Shown piece by piece: positions 24,561 through 38,900 of a stretch of 64,000 bases of DNA. The notes under the pieces were generated by a model that saw only the letters and a program-made list of their open reading frames with translations, did not search any database and was not told the origin of the DNA. The first letter of the stretch is position 1. Each line of letters opens with the position of its first letter. The DNA comes from Macrostomum lignano. Lineage: Eukaryota. Made by a program: the position numbers and the translations under genes. The DNA lies in NCBI GenBank assembly GCA_002269645.1, contig NIVC01001170.1, forward strand, positions 227,547 through 291,546, written 5' to 3'.

Positions 24561-25749
24561 ATGCTGAGACTTGCTGCCGCCACGCTAGGCCACACTGGCC
24601 CCACCCTAGTTGCCATGGCAATAGCCATAACTCTACTATGTGGCATCCCTGCTGTTCAACACATTGCCACTCGCCATTTATTCATCAAAACCGAAGTTGA
24701 CTTTGCCACTTGTGCTGGGTGCGCGTGCTGGGACACGATCAGCGTGGGATCGAGGGAGACGCCTGGACAGCATGCCTATCACAGCGTTTACTGGAATAGC
24801 AATGGGTGCACATTGGCCATGTACTGCCTCACTGTGCTGCAGGTGTGCAATCTTATAGTTCTTGTGTATTTTATGAATAAAAAGGGCTTTTGTGAATCGA
24901 TAAATCTCCCATAAAGGGGAATTTATGAATCGTTAAATCTCCCATAAAGGGGATATTGTGAATCGCTATATCTCCCATAAAAGAGATAATTGTGAATCAC
25001 CAAGTGTCACATACAACAAGTTTCAACATAGAACGGATAGGTTAAGAATCAGCGAGTGTTTTCTGATTGCACTGCTAGTTTATGATGAAGTGTTTGAATT
25101 TGAAGCCACTCCAAGGTCACCCTTGTTGTAATCAAAGCATAATTTAATGATGACATCATCATCACAGGCGCTGCTATGTTACAAAGCTGTCGAGAGCCTC
25201 ACCTGCATTGTCATGCGCCACGGCCTCAGTAAACTTCGTCCAGCTTTCGTCTGCCTAACTTTGCTCAACATCTATCCCAACTATTACTCCTGGTGGAGCT
25301 ATTTAATGTACCTGAACGAGAAGACGCCAATGTACAGTCTTATTAGGCATCATATGTACTTTTACGCTAGCGAGCTAATCGTTGCCGCGCTAGTATTGCA
25401 CCTGTGCAATGTCGAATCGGCTATCAATCGAGTCAAGTTGTCAATTGTGTTCTGCTTAGCGGCGTCGCACCTGGTCAGCGGATTCGCCGATCACTACCTG
25501 TTCGACCCGGCATCTGCGGCTGTGCGAGCCAGTAGGCTGGCTTCTTTCATGCACCACTCGAGAAATGCCGGCCTCATGCTGCCAGACTTGGCTCACGTAT
25601 TGGTTTCTGGACGATATCTGCAGCCAATGCTGGCCAAAGCCAACACAGTTGAAGGCTTGCAGCTCGAGTCGCCTTGGAGCTGCTGGTGGCGGTGGGCCAT
25701 ACTATTGGCCGTCTCAATGCTGCTGTTTTGTGTCAGCCAGGCGCTGTAA
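24561..25749 (+). CDS. Uncharacterised multi-pass membrane protein, copy 2 (exons 24561-24842 and 25168-25749; 287 aa)
   Basis: Same splice sites; five amino-acid differences visible relative to copy 1. Confidence 0.8.
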
Positions 25750-25927
25750 AGATTGTGCTCAAATAATTTCCTACTTCATGATAATTCTAGTGATTCTGTA
25801 TCAAAATACGCGTATTGTTTGAAGGAACCACTCGGCATGCCATCCAGATCTTTCACTGGAGGGGTGCGCTTTGTTTATTTGATTTGCCGTTTCATTTGAA
25901 GGGTTGCCCGGGTCAGGAGCACCACTG

Positions 25928-26153
25928 CGGGGGCGTCGCCATGGATTTTTGGCCGAAAATTTCTGCATGACTTAAATTCCTACATTGATTTGGGAATCAG
26001 TGTTTCTAGCAACTTTTTAGCGCCGCAGGCCTCCATTCGGGCGCCGAAGGCGCTATATTGTGGCGCCACGAAGCAAAATTATTGATTTCCATAACGGATC
26101 ACAAGGTGGGGTGGGGGGATGCCGCCCTGTTTACCCCCGTGGCGACGCCCCTG
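25928..26153. mobile_element. MITE-like element (duplicate of 20914-21140)
   Basis: Same TIRs and internal sequence. Confidence 0.6.
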
Positions 26154-29100
26154 AGCATCAGCACCATCTGCAGCAACCCTAGGGACGCTAAAGCTGTACT
26201 TAAGGGGGCTGAAAGAAGTCTTATTTTATTTACTTTTTAATAGTTTAATTAAGCTTTTAATCACATTTGTTTTATCGTGACAACACGTTTATCTCCCATT
26301 CAATATTTGCTACGTGGTAGTTTTTCAGTAACTGTTTATGTCATCTTTTTACTGCCTTTTTTCAACTGGAGCTAATTATGTTATCCTTTCCTTTGTTCAA
26401 ACTGCAGAACTGCTTTTTTGTTACTAAAAATGCATTTTGTTCTTTTTTAGTGAGTATCTGTGCGTATGCTTTGCTCAAAAAATCGTTCATTCATATTCTT
26501 TGATTTTTTATAGTATTAAAAAGATTTTGAGTTCTGTAGCTGTTAAGATATTGGTAAAACTTCAGTTATCAGAGGCACGAGATTTCGCTTCCTCTCTGAG
26601 CTTCGTAAATCAGTGCAATTCCGGACATTTGACTGACCCAATTGGAGTACCGACAATTTATTTAGGTTTGGGTTAATCGTTCGGGTTGAGTTGTTAAGAT
26701 TAAAGTCTGTGGGCTCCCGGCGCAAGGCCTTTGGCGACATCGTCCCATAGGCCATAACCAGGATTGAGGCGATTCTGCCCATTTCGCCGATTACTGAGCA
26801 CATATATAAGCGCGCCAATGCTGAACTCAGACACGCACTCACACACACGCTTACACAGGGTGTACATCGGCGCTGACTTTATAATCTTCAGGCATGTACA
26901 GTCTCTGTGCCTTGATGGTTGGCGCCAGACTCGTTTGCGGCTCAGCTACGCTGCCCCTCAGGCTACGGTTACGAAGGTGTTTCGTAAAGCTTTTTCACAC
27001 AGTGGCTAAATTGTAGGATTACAGGTAGTCACGGGGTTTTGTTGGTGTGCTCAGATTTTTGTGCGTTTGTACGGTGGTTTTTCTGTTCCTGATGCTGGGT
27101 CTTTTGTTCGTCGGTTACTCGTGTAGATGTGCGAGTAGAACAGTGCATTTTATAGGCTAACCCCCGTTGACGCGAGGAGAGACTAGACACGAGACTTAGA
27201 CGCAAATAGAATGAACAGCATGCAATGTCTTTGCAAGCAGGCAAACAATAATGAACGCTGAGACTTAGGACGGGTAATTAAAATTGTTGAGGTAACTACA
27301 ATAGTGCCTTTATAGCTGGCAACAATGTACGCAGAGTTCTAAATACGACTTGTACAGCGTACACCATAGAATACAGGATCTGCTTGTTAATTTAGTTAAT
27401 ATAAAAGACATCCAATGACAGAGTTGCATATTTTCAGACGTTTGCAGATATCCATTCCTACAAAGTTAACAAACTGTTAGCCAATCTATTTACTTTCTTA
27501 TCCTTTTAATCCGTTGCAGAAGCAGACGGCCACTTAAAGTATAGAGAGCTACATTCTTAAGGCTGAGTAGCAAAGCGACAAGTGTGCTACATACAAGGAT
27601 CTAACACAGTAAACAATCATGGACAAAGAGCACTTCAGGGTTACGGTGCATTGTGAAGTTATTATAAAAAAGGCTACTACTCAGCAGACAAAAATACTGG
27701 TAAGACAGATAAGTATGCTGCTAGTATGCTGTAAACCTATAATTAATTTAGCACACTCCATAAAAATAGTTACGAAAATATTTTTAGTATATGGAAATGA
27801 ATACATGTATATTGCCTATATATCAGTTTATACAGTCTTGCGACTATGTCGGGCCCACAGCGGGCTTCTCGTGGAGGCTAAACAATATTATCGATTTTTC
27901 ACTATCACCAGGAATTACAGGATGCGAAACTCTTGACCGCGTGTGCGTGAGATCTCTATCTCTGGAAATGTACACTGCGTTGGTGTACAGTTCATTTGGG
28001 GGTGTCGCGATTTTCAGGTTGAGGGGGGAAGGGAAAGTGTCTTTCCGCGGACCCAAATGTACATTGGATTCGGGGCTTTTCTTTCTATAAGATTACTAGC
28101 CCCTTCTGTTTAAGAGGCGACATTTGACTGCCAACTAGCTTACGGGGTGGGGCACAAATTGACAAACTGACCCTAACCCTTGAGGCTTGAACCCTATTCA
28201 AAATTGCTAGCGGTCAAATCAGGGCTGGAGATAAAGAACCCTGTACTCTTAATTATGAGTTCAGACGTATTATTTTGGTGGTATTTCAAAGCGACTATAT
28301 CGTTATTTTTTAAACTAAATAGAAGCTTACTTAACTTTCAGTTGACAAACCGTTTAAGTTGCAATGGCATTCCAATGTAATTGTATTGAAATGCAAGTTG
28401 CTTAAAGTTAATGAGTTTAGGAAACTTGCTCTGCACTCGAAACTATGTATCAAGTTTTAGTTTATTTCTGAGACTAATTATAGAAATTTTTTATTGTAAA
28501 CTGCATGACAGACAGGTTCTCGTTCCTTCCTACCTATTATGTAGCCAAATTCTATTGCGCTGCACCCGTATTAACACAGGCGCATTCCGAACTTCCATAC
28601 ATTTATATTGTAGCATATAGCGTAGCTCGTTCTCGCAGTTTCTTAAGTTTCATTTCAATTTGTTTTTGAATTTTACCCATTTTTTTGACAACTTAATTAG
28701 CTAGTTATAGTGATGAGGTTTGCTGCAGTATTGTCTTCCTGTCAAGGAAAAGTAAAATACATTTTAAGTTTCATTTTCTAAGACTACGAGCGTATTTCTA
28801 CTCTGAAAGTTTATGGACAGGTGGCCTCAGAAATACACCTGCATACACACAACTATCGATGATGCTATACCTTCTCTTGATTTCTCCTTATAATTTGGCT
28901 TCCACATGACTCAGGTGCATGCGGAAACATCGTTCTTTATCTCTTGGTCAGTGCAACCATGTCAGGCGATAAACACCTGATAATTATCGATTGCATGTGG
29001 CAATTTTCCCGTTTCGCCGACAGCACTAAGAGTTAATCAGAAAATTATTGCGACGTACAACATCAAAAACAATTCAACAACGAAAACATCTACCTACAAT

Positions 29101-29461
29101 AACAATAAAACAATAAAAACCACAGAAAACAACAACAGAAAAAATGCACTGTAAATGGGTAAAAAAATAACTGCAGCGTCTTCTGCAGCGTCAGGATATC
29201 ACCAGGCCTTCTCTGTGTCAGCTGAAGTCGCCGACGGCAAAACAGGTCGCTGGCGCGTCGATAAGCTTGAGACATCATTCAGGACGCAGATCATCAGATC
29301 ATACGCAGATACACGCTCACACAGGCTGTACAGAAGGATTGGGAATTTCTCATTGTCAGGCTTGGTACATACAGCTTTTCCTCGGGGGGGGGGGGGCGGG
29401 TTAACTCCAATGTGCAGAACCTGACTCGAACCTGGGTACTCCCCCTTTTACAACCCGTCAG

Positions 29462-32400
29462 GTATTTTTCCTGGACCGTCTTCACGTGCTCAGTCAGCCT
29501 GGCGGCAACGCGAAGTTACCGCACCAACTGGAACGGTGTGTGCCCTTCCTGGACCTGCGCCGGATCCGTGTACCCGAAACCAACGCCTGCCGCATAGAAT
29601 TCGGCGTGGCCTCTCCCGACGGCAGCGTCGGCGACGGGCTGCAGTTTTCCTGCAGCCTGGAGAATGACTGCGCCAAGATTGTCGCCCACGTTACGGCCTG
29701 CCTGCGAACGCACCTGCCCCAGGTGGGCAATCGCCTAGTGGAAGTCAGCCTGCCCAACAGGTGGATGCTGGAGGTGCTCATCGCCGAGCTGGGTACCTCC
29801 TTAGTCCAATCGCAGGCCATATCGGACAAGTGCGGCCACTTCGCTTCGGCCTACGATCTGTACTCGAGTTACCTGGGCGTGACGGCACAACCCGAGATCA
29901 AATGGGACGTGGACACGATCTATTTTTCGCAGGGCACGCACACCTTTTGCCTGAGAGATTTCTCGGATTCCAAGCAGGAAGAATTCTCTGCAGTGCTTGG
30001 CGCGCTGGCGTTTAACGACTATTTTAATGGTCTGGATTGCTCGGGAGTTCGACTGACCGACAGCTTCGTAAGTGTCATCTGGAAATGGCCTGTCTTCTCT
30101 GGCGGGGGGCGTGCGTGCGTTTCACAAGCTCAAAATGCGATTGCTGAATCATGCTTTGTTATCGAATTGCTCGCCGAGATTTTCCTGCCGAACTTTTCCC
30201 GCAATGCTTTTTTCCTGCAGCAGTTTTAGCCCAATGACGGGACGGGAAAATACGTTTCTTAAAAAAAGTTAAGGAGGCTGGTTTTCGCCGAAAAGTACAC
30301 TACGGAGATAGGAAGTTTTCATTTTTCAGCACAAAATTGTTATTGCTTTCGATAGGAGGCAGACCCAATGTTCATCTTTTGATATATTGTGCCTTTCTTA
30401 TAGCTCTACGAAAAACTACAAGAAAAATACGTATTTGATATGCAGTTACTTTTTGATCGAGGTAAATCTCTTCATTAAGAGTTACGTTATTAGAAACACA
30501 TCTCAGTGTGTCAACAGTTATCTATCCTTCAGAAAAGCGATTGCCTACCATCCAAGCTAGTCATTAATATCACTACTTTTTATACGCTACTACCACTACG
30601 GTTTGCCTTCGCAGTTCATAAAGAGCGTCGGGTTTCTGCTCACTTACAACGTCACTCTAAACCAGCTGCTTCTCTCTGGGTGCAATTTGAAAAAGTAAGA
30701 ACCACGAACGATGTATTAAGCACCAAAGTTAGACTTTAATACACATTTTATAATATTAATATGTGCTTGCACTATTTTAGCGACTTTCTCCGAGCATTTG
30801 CTAGTGCAGTAGAGAAGAATTCAGGACTAAAACTCACGGATTTGGACTTATCGGACAATAAATTTGATGGAGACGATAAAGGTACGTTGTTACCTTGATT
30901 CATTTGTTTGTTATCCGTGAGCTAGAGTTCTCGATTGCTGAATCATGGTTTGTTATCCGTGAGCTAGAGTTCTCGATTGCTGAATCATGGTTTGTTATCC
31001 GTGATCTAGAGATCTCGATTGCTGAATCATGGTTTGTTATCCGTGATCTAGAGTTCTCGATTGCTGAATCATGGTTTGTTATCCGTGATCTAGAGTTCTC
31101 GATTGCTGAATCATGGTTTGTTATCCGTGATCTAGAGTTCTCGATTGCTGAATCATGGTTTGTTATCCGTGATCTAGAGTTCTCGATTGCTGAATCATGG
31201 TTTGTTATCCGTGATCTAGAGTTCTCGATTGCTGAATCATGGTTTGTTATCCGTGATCTAGAGTTCTCGATTGCTGAATCATGGTTTCTTATCAGTGAGG
31301 TAGAGTTCTCGATTGCTGAATCATGGTTTGTTATCGGTGAGCTAGAGTTCTCGATTGCTGAATCATGGTTTGTTATCGGTGAGCTAGAGTTCTCGATTGC
31401 TGAATCATGGTTTCTAATCGGTGAGGTAGAGTTCTTGATTGCTGAATCATGGTTTCTTATCCGTGAGCTAGAGTTCTCGATTGCTGAATCATGGTTTCTT
31501 ATCCGTGAGCTAGAGTTCTTGATTGCTGAATCATGGTTTCTTATCCGTGATCTAGAGTTCTCGATTGCTGAATCATGGTTTGTTATCCGTGATCTAGAGT
31601 TCTTGATTGCTGAATCATGGTTTCTTATCCGTGATCTAGAGTTCTCGATTGCTGAATCATGGTTTCTTATCAGTGAGGTAGAGTTCTCGATTGCTCAATC
31701 ATGGTTTGTTATCGGTGAGCTAGAGTTCTCGATTGCTGAATCATGGTTTGTTATCGGTGAGCTAGAGTTCTCGATTGCTGAATCATGGTTTCTTATCCGT
31801 GATCTAGAGTTCTCGATTGCTGAATCATGGTTTGTTATCGGTGAGCTAGAGTTCTTGATTGCTGAATCATGGTTTGTTATCGGTGAGCTAGAGTTCTTGA
31901 TTGCTGAATCATGGTTTCTTATCCGTGATCTAGAGTTCTCGATTGCTGAATCATGGTTTGTTATCCGTGATCTAGAGTTCTTGATTGCTGAATCATGGTT
32001 TGTTATCCGTGATCTAGAGTTCTCGATTGCTGAATCATGGTTTGTTATCCGTGATCTAGAGTTCTCGATTGCTGAATCATGGTTTGTTATCCGTGATCTA
32101 GAGTTCTCGATTGCTGAATCATGGTTTGTTATCCGTGATCTAGAGTTCTCGATTGCTGAATCATGGTTTCTTATCAGTGAGGTAGAGTTCTCGATTGCTG
32201 AATCATGGTTTGTTATCGGTGAGCTAGAGTTCTCGATTGCTGAATCATGGTTTGTTATCGGTGAGCTAGAGTTCTCGATTGCTGAATCATGGTTTCTAAT
32301 CGGTGAGGTAGAGTTCTTGATTGCTGAATCATGGTTTCTTATCCGTGAGCTAGAGTTCTCGATTGCTGAATCATGGTTTCTTATCCGTGAGCTAGAGTTC

Positions 32401-35400
32401 TTGATTGCTGAATCATGGTTTCTTATCCGTGATCTAGAGTTCTCGATTGCTGAATCATGGTTTGTTATCCGTGATCTAGAGTTCTTGATTGCTGAATCAT
32501 GGTTTCTTATCCGTGATCTAGAGTTCTCGATTGCTGAATCATGGTTTCTTATCAGTGAGGTAGAGTTCTCGATTGCTCAATCATGGTTTGTTATCGGTGA
32601 GCTAGAGTTCTCGATTGCTGAATCATGGTTTGTTATCGGTGAGCTAGAGTTCTCGATTGCTGAATCATGGTTTCTTATCCGTGATCTAGAGTTCTCGATT
32701 GCTGGATCATGGTTTGTTATCGGTGAGCTAGAGTTCTTGATTGCTGAATCATGGTTTGTTATCGGTCAGCTAGAGTTCTTGATTGCTGAATCATGGTTTC
32801 TTATCCGTGATCTAGAGTTCTCGATTGCTGAATCATGGTTTGTTATCCGTGATCTAGAGTTCTTGATTGCTGAATCATGGTTTGTTATCCGTGATCTAGA
32901 GTTCTCGATTGCTGAATCATGGTTTGTTATCCGTGATCTAGAGTTCTCGATTGCTGAATCATGGTTTCTTATCCGTGAGCTAGAGTTCTTGATTGCTGAA
33001 TCATGGTTTGTTATCCGTGATCTAGAGTTCTTGATTGCTGAATCATGGTTTCTTATCCGTGATCTAGAGTTCTCGATTGCTGAATCATGGTTTGTTATCC
33101 GTGATCTAGAGTTCTTGATTGCTGAATCATGGTTTCTTATCCGTGATCTAGAGTTCTCGATTGCTGAATCATGGTTTCTTATCAGTGAGGTAGAGTTCTC
33201 GATTGCTCAATCATGGTTTGTTATCGGTGAGCTAGAGTTCTCGATTGCTGAATCATGGTTTGTTATCGGTGAGCTAGAGTTCTCGATTGCTGAATCATGG
33301 TTTGTTATCCGTGATCTAGAGTTCTCGATTGCTGAATCATGGTTTGTTATCGGTGAGCTAGAGTTCTTGATTGCTGAATCATTGTTTGTTATCGGTGAGC
33401 TAGAGTTCTTGATTGCTGAATCATGGTTTCTAATCGGTGAGCTAGAGTTCTTGATTGCTGAATCATGGTTTCTAATCGGTGAGCTAGAGTTCTCGATTGC
33501 TGAATCATGGTTTCTAATCGGTGAGCTAGAGTTCTCGATTGCTGAATCATGGTTTCTAATCGGTGAGCTAGAGTTCTCGATTGCTGAATCATGGTTTCTA
33601 ATCGGTGAGGTAGAGTTCTCGATTGCTGAATCATGGTTTCTAATCGGTGAGCTAGAGTTCTCGATTGCTGAATCATGGTTTCTAATTGTTAAATTTGGGC
33701 ATCGCACGGTTGTTGCAGGTGTGCCAGAAAACCTGGCGCAGATTCTGGCTCACCAGTCGTCCACTCTGGAGAAGCTGAATCTAGCTCGATGCGGCCTGCT
33801 CATGAAACGGTTGAACCGTTGCTTCGAGCTGCTGACTGACAGGTTAATTGGTTTTCAGTCGTTGCCTCTACGGCACCTGTGCATCGACGGCTGCGGCGGC
33901 TTGGGCGGCAGTGGCATGGGCGGCGGCGTTGTAAGTTTACGATTGACATTAGACTTAGCTGGGTGACATTAGATTCAGCTGGGTGACATTAGACTCAGCT
34001 GGGTGACATTAATTTCAGCTGGGTGACATTAGACTCAGCTGGGTGACATTAGACTCAGCTGGGTGACATTAGACTCAACTGGGTGACATTAGACTCAGCT
34101 GGGTGACATTAGACTCAGCTGGGTGACATTAATTTCAGCTGGGTGACATTAGACTCAGCTGGGTGACATTAGACTCAACTGGGTGACATTAGACTCAGCT
34201 GGGTGACATTAGACTCAACTGGGTGACATTAATTTCAGCTGGGTGACATTAGACTCAGCTGGGTGACATTAGACTCAGCTGGGTGACATTAGACTCAGCT
34301 GGGTGACATTAGACTCAGCTGGGTGACATTAGACTCAACTGGGTGACATTAATTTCAGCTGGGTGACATTAGACTCAGCTGGGTGACATTAATTTCAGCA
34401 TGGTGACATTAGACTCAGCTGGGTGACATTAGACTCAGCTGGGTGACATTAGACTCAGCTGGATGATAAAGCAGGAGTTTTACTAAAAATCGTTTTACGT
34501 AAACTCCGAATGTTTTCTTAATATAAATAGGATTAATTAAAAGTTGGTTCCTTTCCCATAAACAATATGTTCAAACCTTTTCAAATTCAGCGACTTGGCA
34601 TCATTGGTAAGCCGTGCTTTAAAGTACTTAAGCTTCCTATTATTATAAGTATTCAATTCCCTATTTTTCCCTTGCCCTTCAATTTATGTAGCTTTTTAGT
34701 CCTATACTTATGTGCACATTGTTTTTAGTTGTTTGTTGTTTGTTGTTTAGACAACCTTGCTCTGTCCTGATTTTTTGTTGATTTTTCTTGTTTTGATCGA
34801 CTTTTTTAAATAAATATTTATTTACTCTGGATTTTATTATTTCCACACCTGCAGGGACTTGAGAACTACTTGTCTAGACTTGGCAGCCTCGAGCACCTGA
34901 GCTGCGTTGACTGCGGACTAGTTGTAGAACCCGTGAGTAATTCTGTTTCAATATTTTAGCTCCAAGTTTGAGCACTTATTTGAGCACTGAACTATTCGAG
35001 AAGTGTAACTAAGATTGTAAAAGTGGCTGATCCATTTGCCACTTCAGTCATTTTATTTCAGTTTCCAAGAATTAGCCTTGAACTTGGATGATCCCAACTG
35101 ACCCCCGCAGCTGACCCCGGTTCTGCTCAAGCTGACCCACCGCCTGACCCACCTGGACCTGAGCCGCAATCAGTACTGTCCGACAGCTCAAGCCGGCCAT
35201 GAGCACCCCGCGGGCTTGTTCAACAAGTTCGTTCGCAAGCCAAGCATCACGTCGAAAACAGCCGACGATGCGTCAAATGGCGCGGGGTCGACGGCAACGG
35301 TGGTCAATCGCTTGGACATCTGGGCGGAGCTCTTTGCCGAGTGCCGCAGCCTCCGTCTGGTCCGGCTGAACCGCTGCCGACTGCCAGCCGCTGCGGCCGA

Positions 35401-35753
35401 GAGCCTCCTGGTTGGCCTGAGTCGCTGCGGCGGCGGCGGCGGCGGCGGCGACAGCGCGAAACCGGCTGAGCTCAGCGTTGAGCTGGCCGGGAACGACTTC
35501 GGCGTTTCAGGCGCGCAGATTCTCTGGAACTGCTTCAATAATTACCAGATGCCCCAGCTGGAGTCGCTGGACCTGAGCGATAACGGTTAGGGAGGCTTGT
35601 TAGATAGTTAGTTACATAGTTACTTAGTTAGTTTGTTACGCTCGTAGTTAATTAGTTAGTTAGTTAGTCAGTTAGTTAGTTAGTTAGTTAGTCAGTTAGT
35701 TAGTTAGTTAGTTAGTCAGTTAGTTAGTTAGTTAGTTCGTTAGTTCGTTAGTC

Positions 35754-35796
<43 letters not shown>

Positions 35797-35957
35797 CAGT
35801 TAGTTAGTTAGTTAGTTAGTTAGTCAGTTAGTTAGTTAGTTAGTTAGTCAGTTAGTTAGTTAGTTAGTTCGTTAGTTCGTTAGTCAGTTAGTTAGTTAGT
35901 TAGTTCGTTAGTTAGTTAGTTAGTTCGTTAGTTAGTTAGTTCGTTAGTTCGTTAGTC

Positions 35958-35988
<31 letters not shown>

Positions 35989-38900
35989 CAGTTAGTTAGT
36001 TAGTTAGTTAGTTAGTCAGTTAGTTAGTTAGTTAGTTAGTTCGTTCGTTAGTTAGTTAGTTCGTTAGTCAGTTAGTTAGTTCGTTCGTTAGTTAGTTAGT
36101 TAGTTCGTTAGTCAGTCAGTCAGCGATCGCCCAGTTAAAATGCGTTCACCTTTGACCCAACCCAGACTTCGGTGCGGGCACGAACCCGTTGGTTGATTCC
36201 ATTCGCAAGTCCTCTGTTCGGCACCTCTCCATTGGAGGCAATAATTTTCGAGGCTTTGCAAAAAAGTAATTGCTCAATTTATTACCTACTGTGGTTAGCA
36301 ACAGGTTTTATTGTTTACCCCTGCTCTCAACCCAAGTTTTGCCATAAACCAATTTTCAGGGATCAGTCTATGATACAGGAGTTCTCAGAGCTGGTTACCG
36401 AGGACAAATGCGTGAGCGAATCTTGCTGCTTTGGTGTTTATTAATGGCTTGGGAAAAATTAACAAAAGAAGGAGGTTAATTTTTTATAAAAAGAAAGTAA
36501 AAATGGGCAAGAAAGAGAATGGCAGTGATCAGAAATGAGAAGTAAAATTGATGAAAATTTAACTTCCATTAGAGCCTTCCATTAAAGCTTAAAGATGAGA
36601 CACGACAGGGGTAGATGAGACATGACAAGAGTAGATGAGACATGACAGGAGTAGATGAGACAAAACAGGAGTAGATGAGACATGACACAGGTAGATGAGA
36701 CATGACACAGGTAGATGAGGCATGACACAGGTAGATGAGACATGACACAGGTAGATGAGACATGACACAGGTAGATGAGGCATGACACAGGTAGATGAGA
36801 CATGACACAGGTAGATGAGACATGACACAGGTAGATGAGACATGACACAGGTAGATGAGACATGACACAGGTAGATGAGACATGACACAGGTAGATGAGA
36901 CATGACACAGGTAGATGAGGCATGACACAGGTAGATGAGACATGACACAGGTAGATGAGACATGACACAGGTAGATGAGACATGACACAGGTAGATGAGA
37001 CATGACACAGGTAGATGAGACATGACAGGAGTAGATGAGACATGACACAGGTAGATGAGACATGACACAGGTAGATGAGACATGACACAGGTAGATGAGA
37101 CATGACACAGGTAGATGAGGCATGACACAGGTAGATGAGGCATGACACAGGTAGATGAGGCATGACACAGGTAGATGAGGCATGACACAGGTAGATGAGG
37201 CATGACACAGGGGATTTACAGAAAGGAGACACTCGCAAGAAGAGCCCCCCTTTGACCCCACCTCAGAGGTTGACCTCTCTGTCAATCAGAGGCGCCAAGC
37301 TGGAGCGCAACCTGTGTGTTCTGCTGAACGCGCTGGGCGAGTGCAACAACCTCACCCACCTGGACATCTCCGAAAATGGCGCCGGCGAATTAAGCGCCAA
37401 AGTTCTCGCCAAGGCGCTGTTCGTCAACAGCAGCCTGGTTGTGCTGCAACTGGACGGCAACAGAATCGGCGCCAAAGGACTTCGAGACATCGCCGAGTCG
37501 TTGCGATTCAACCAGACTCTGCTGCGACTCCCGGTGCCAGTGGCTGACGTTGCCGCTTCTGCTGGAGGCAGTCAGCAGCAGCAGCAGCTGGTGCAGGAGG
37601 CTCTGGACCTGCTGCAGGAAGGCCTGGTTCGTAACAATCAGAAAGTCGGTCGGCAGGTAAACTCTTTGCGGACACGTGCGTGGGGTGTTCGGGCTTCGTG
37701 AAGAGGGACATGAGTCGAAAATGAGTTATGAGTTATGAGCACATTCGAACTCAATTGGGATGATGGGGATTATCGCCGAACTCAATCGGGATAATAGGGA
37801 TTATCGCCGAACTCAATTGGGATAATGAGGATTATCGCCGAACTCAATCGGGATGAGGATTATTGCCGAACTCAATTGGGATAATGAGGATTATCGCCGA
37901 ACTCAATCGGGATGAGGATTATTGCCGAACTCAATTGGGATAATGAGGATTATCGCCGAACTCAATCGGGATAATAGGGATTATCGCCGAACTCAATTGG
38001 GATAATGGGGATTATCGCCGAACTCAATCGGGATAATAGGGATTATCGCCGAACTCAATTGGGATAATGAGGATTATCGCCGAACTCAATCGGGATGAGG
38101 ATTATTGCCGAACTCAATTGGGATAATGAGGATTATCGCCGAACTCAATTGGGATAATGTGGATTATCGCCGAACTCAATTGGGATGATGAGGATTATTG
38201 CCGTACTCAATTGGGATAATGAGGAACTTCCAGTCTTAAAATCGAATTCCGCACCCACCGCCCAGGTCACGGCCAAGGACTACCGCCTGCACGCCGAGCT
38301 CAGCAACTACCAGTTCACCGCCGACAACCAGATTGCGTCAGCCTCGGTCAGCCTCGCCGCCGTCGCCAGCGTCGCTGCCACGCCGGAAACCGGCAGGGCG
38401 GAAATCGACGAGCACGCAGAGCGCTGCCGGCGGGCAATAAAGGACGCTGAGTCAGCGAAGCGGCTCCTCATCCGGCTGCAGGTCGATACCGATGCTCCTG
38501 GAGGAGGCAGCAGCGGCGGTGGCAGCAGCAGCGGCAACGGCGGTGACTTTGCAATAAGCCGCTGCCTGACCGCCGACCTGCCGGCGCCGTCGCACGCGGC
38601 TCTGTCCGCCGACCTGGACGCCGCCCAGTCCGAGATGCTGCGCCTGGCCGCTGCCGCCTGCCCGACCAGCTTCGCCGAGGACTCCGGCTTGGCCGACTCG
38701 CTGAAGGCCCAGCTGCACGGCGAGAACTCCCGCTGCCGCATCGGCCTGGCCCGCGTGGCCGAGGCGCTGAGCCGGTCTGCGGGACCCGCACTGGCCGCTG
38801 AGCTGTCGTGAGTTATGAGAGCAACTGCTCTGGCGCTCTTTTTGTCACACTCGGTGTCACTCCATTTGTCACACTCGGTGTCACTCCATTTGTCACACTC

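Larger units (their letters stand above)
23002..26290. repeat. Segmental duplication, copy 2
   Basis: Matches 16957-21367 except for the solo-LTR insertion and a deletion of about 90 bp near 26208. Confidence 0.95.

Noticed and set aside
26437-28620. Short ORFs between the duplication and CARMIL
   Set aside because: No recognisable homology or consistent splice chain. They could hide the CARMIL first exon or UTR, but I cannot support a call.
30895-33966. 1023-aa repeat protein as a stand-alone gene
   Set aside because: It lies between a canonical donor (30882) and acceptor (33718) whose splicing restores continuous CARMIL homology, and it starts at TTG. Kept only as a finding.
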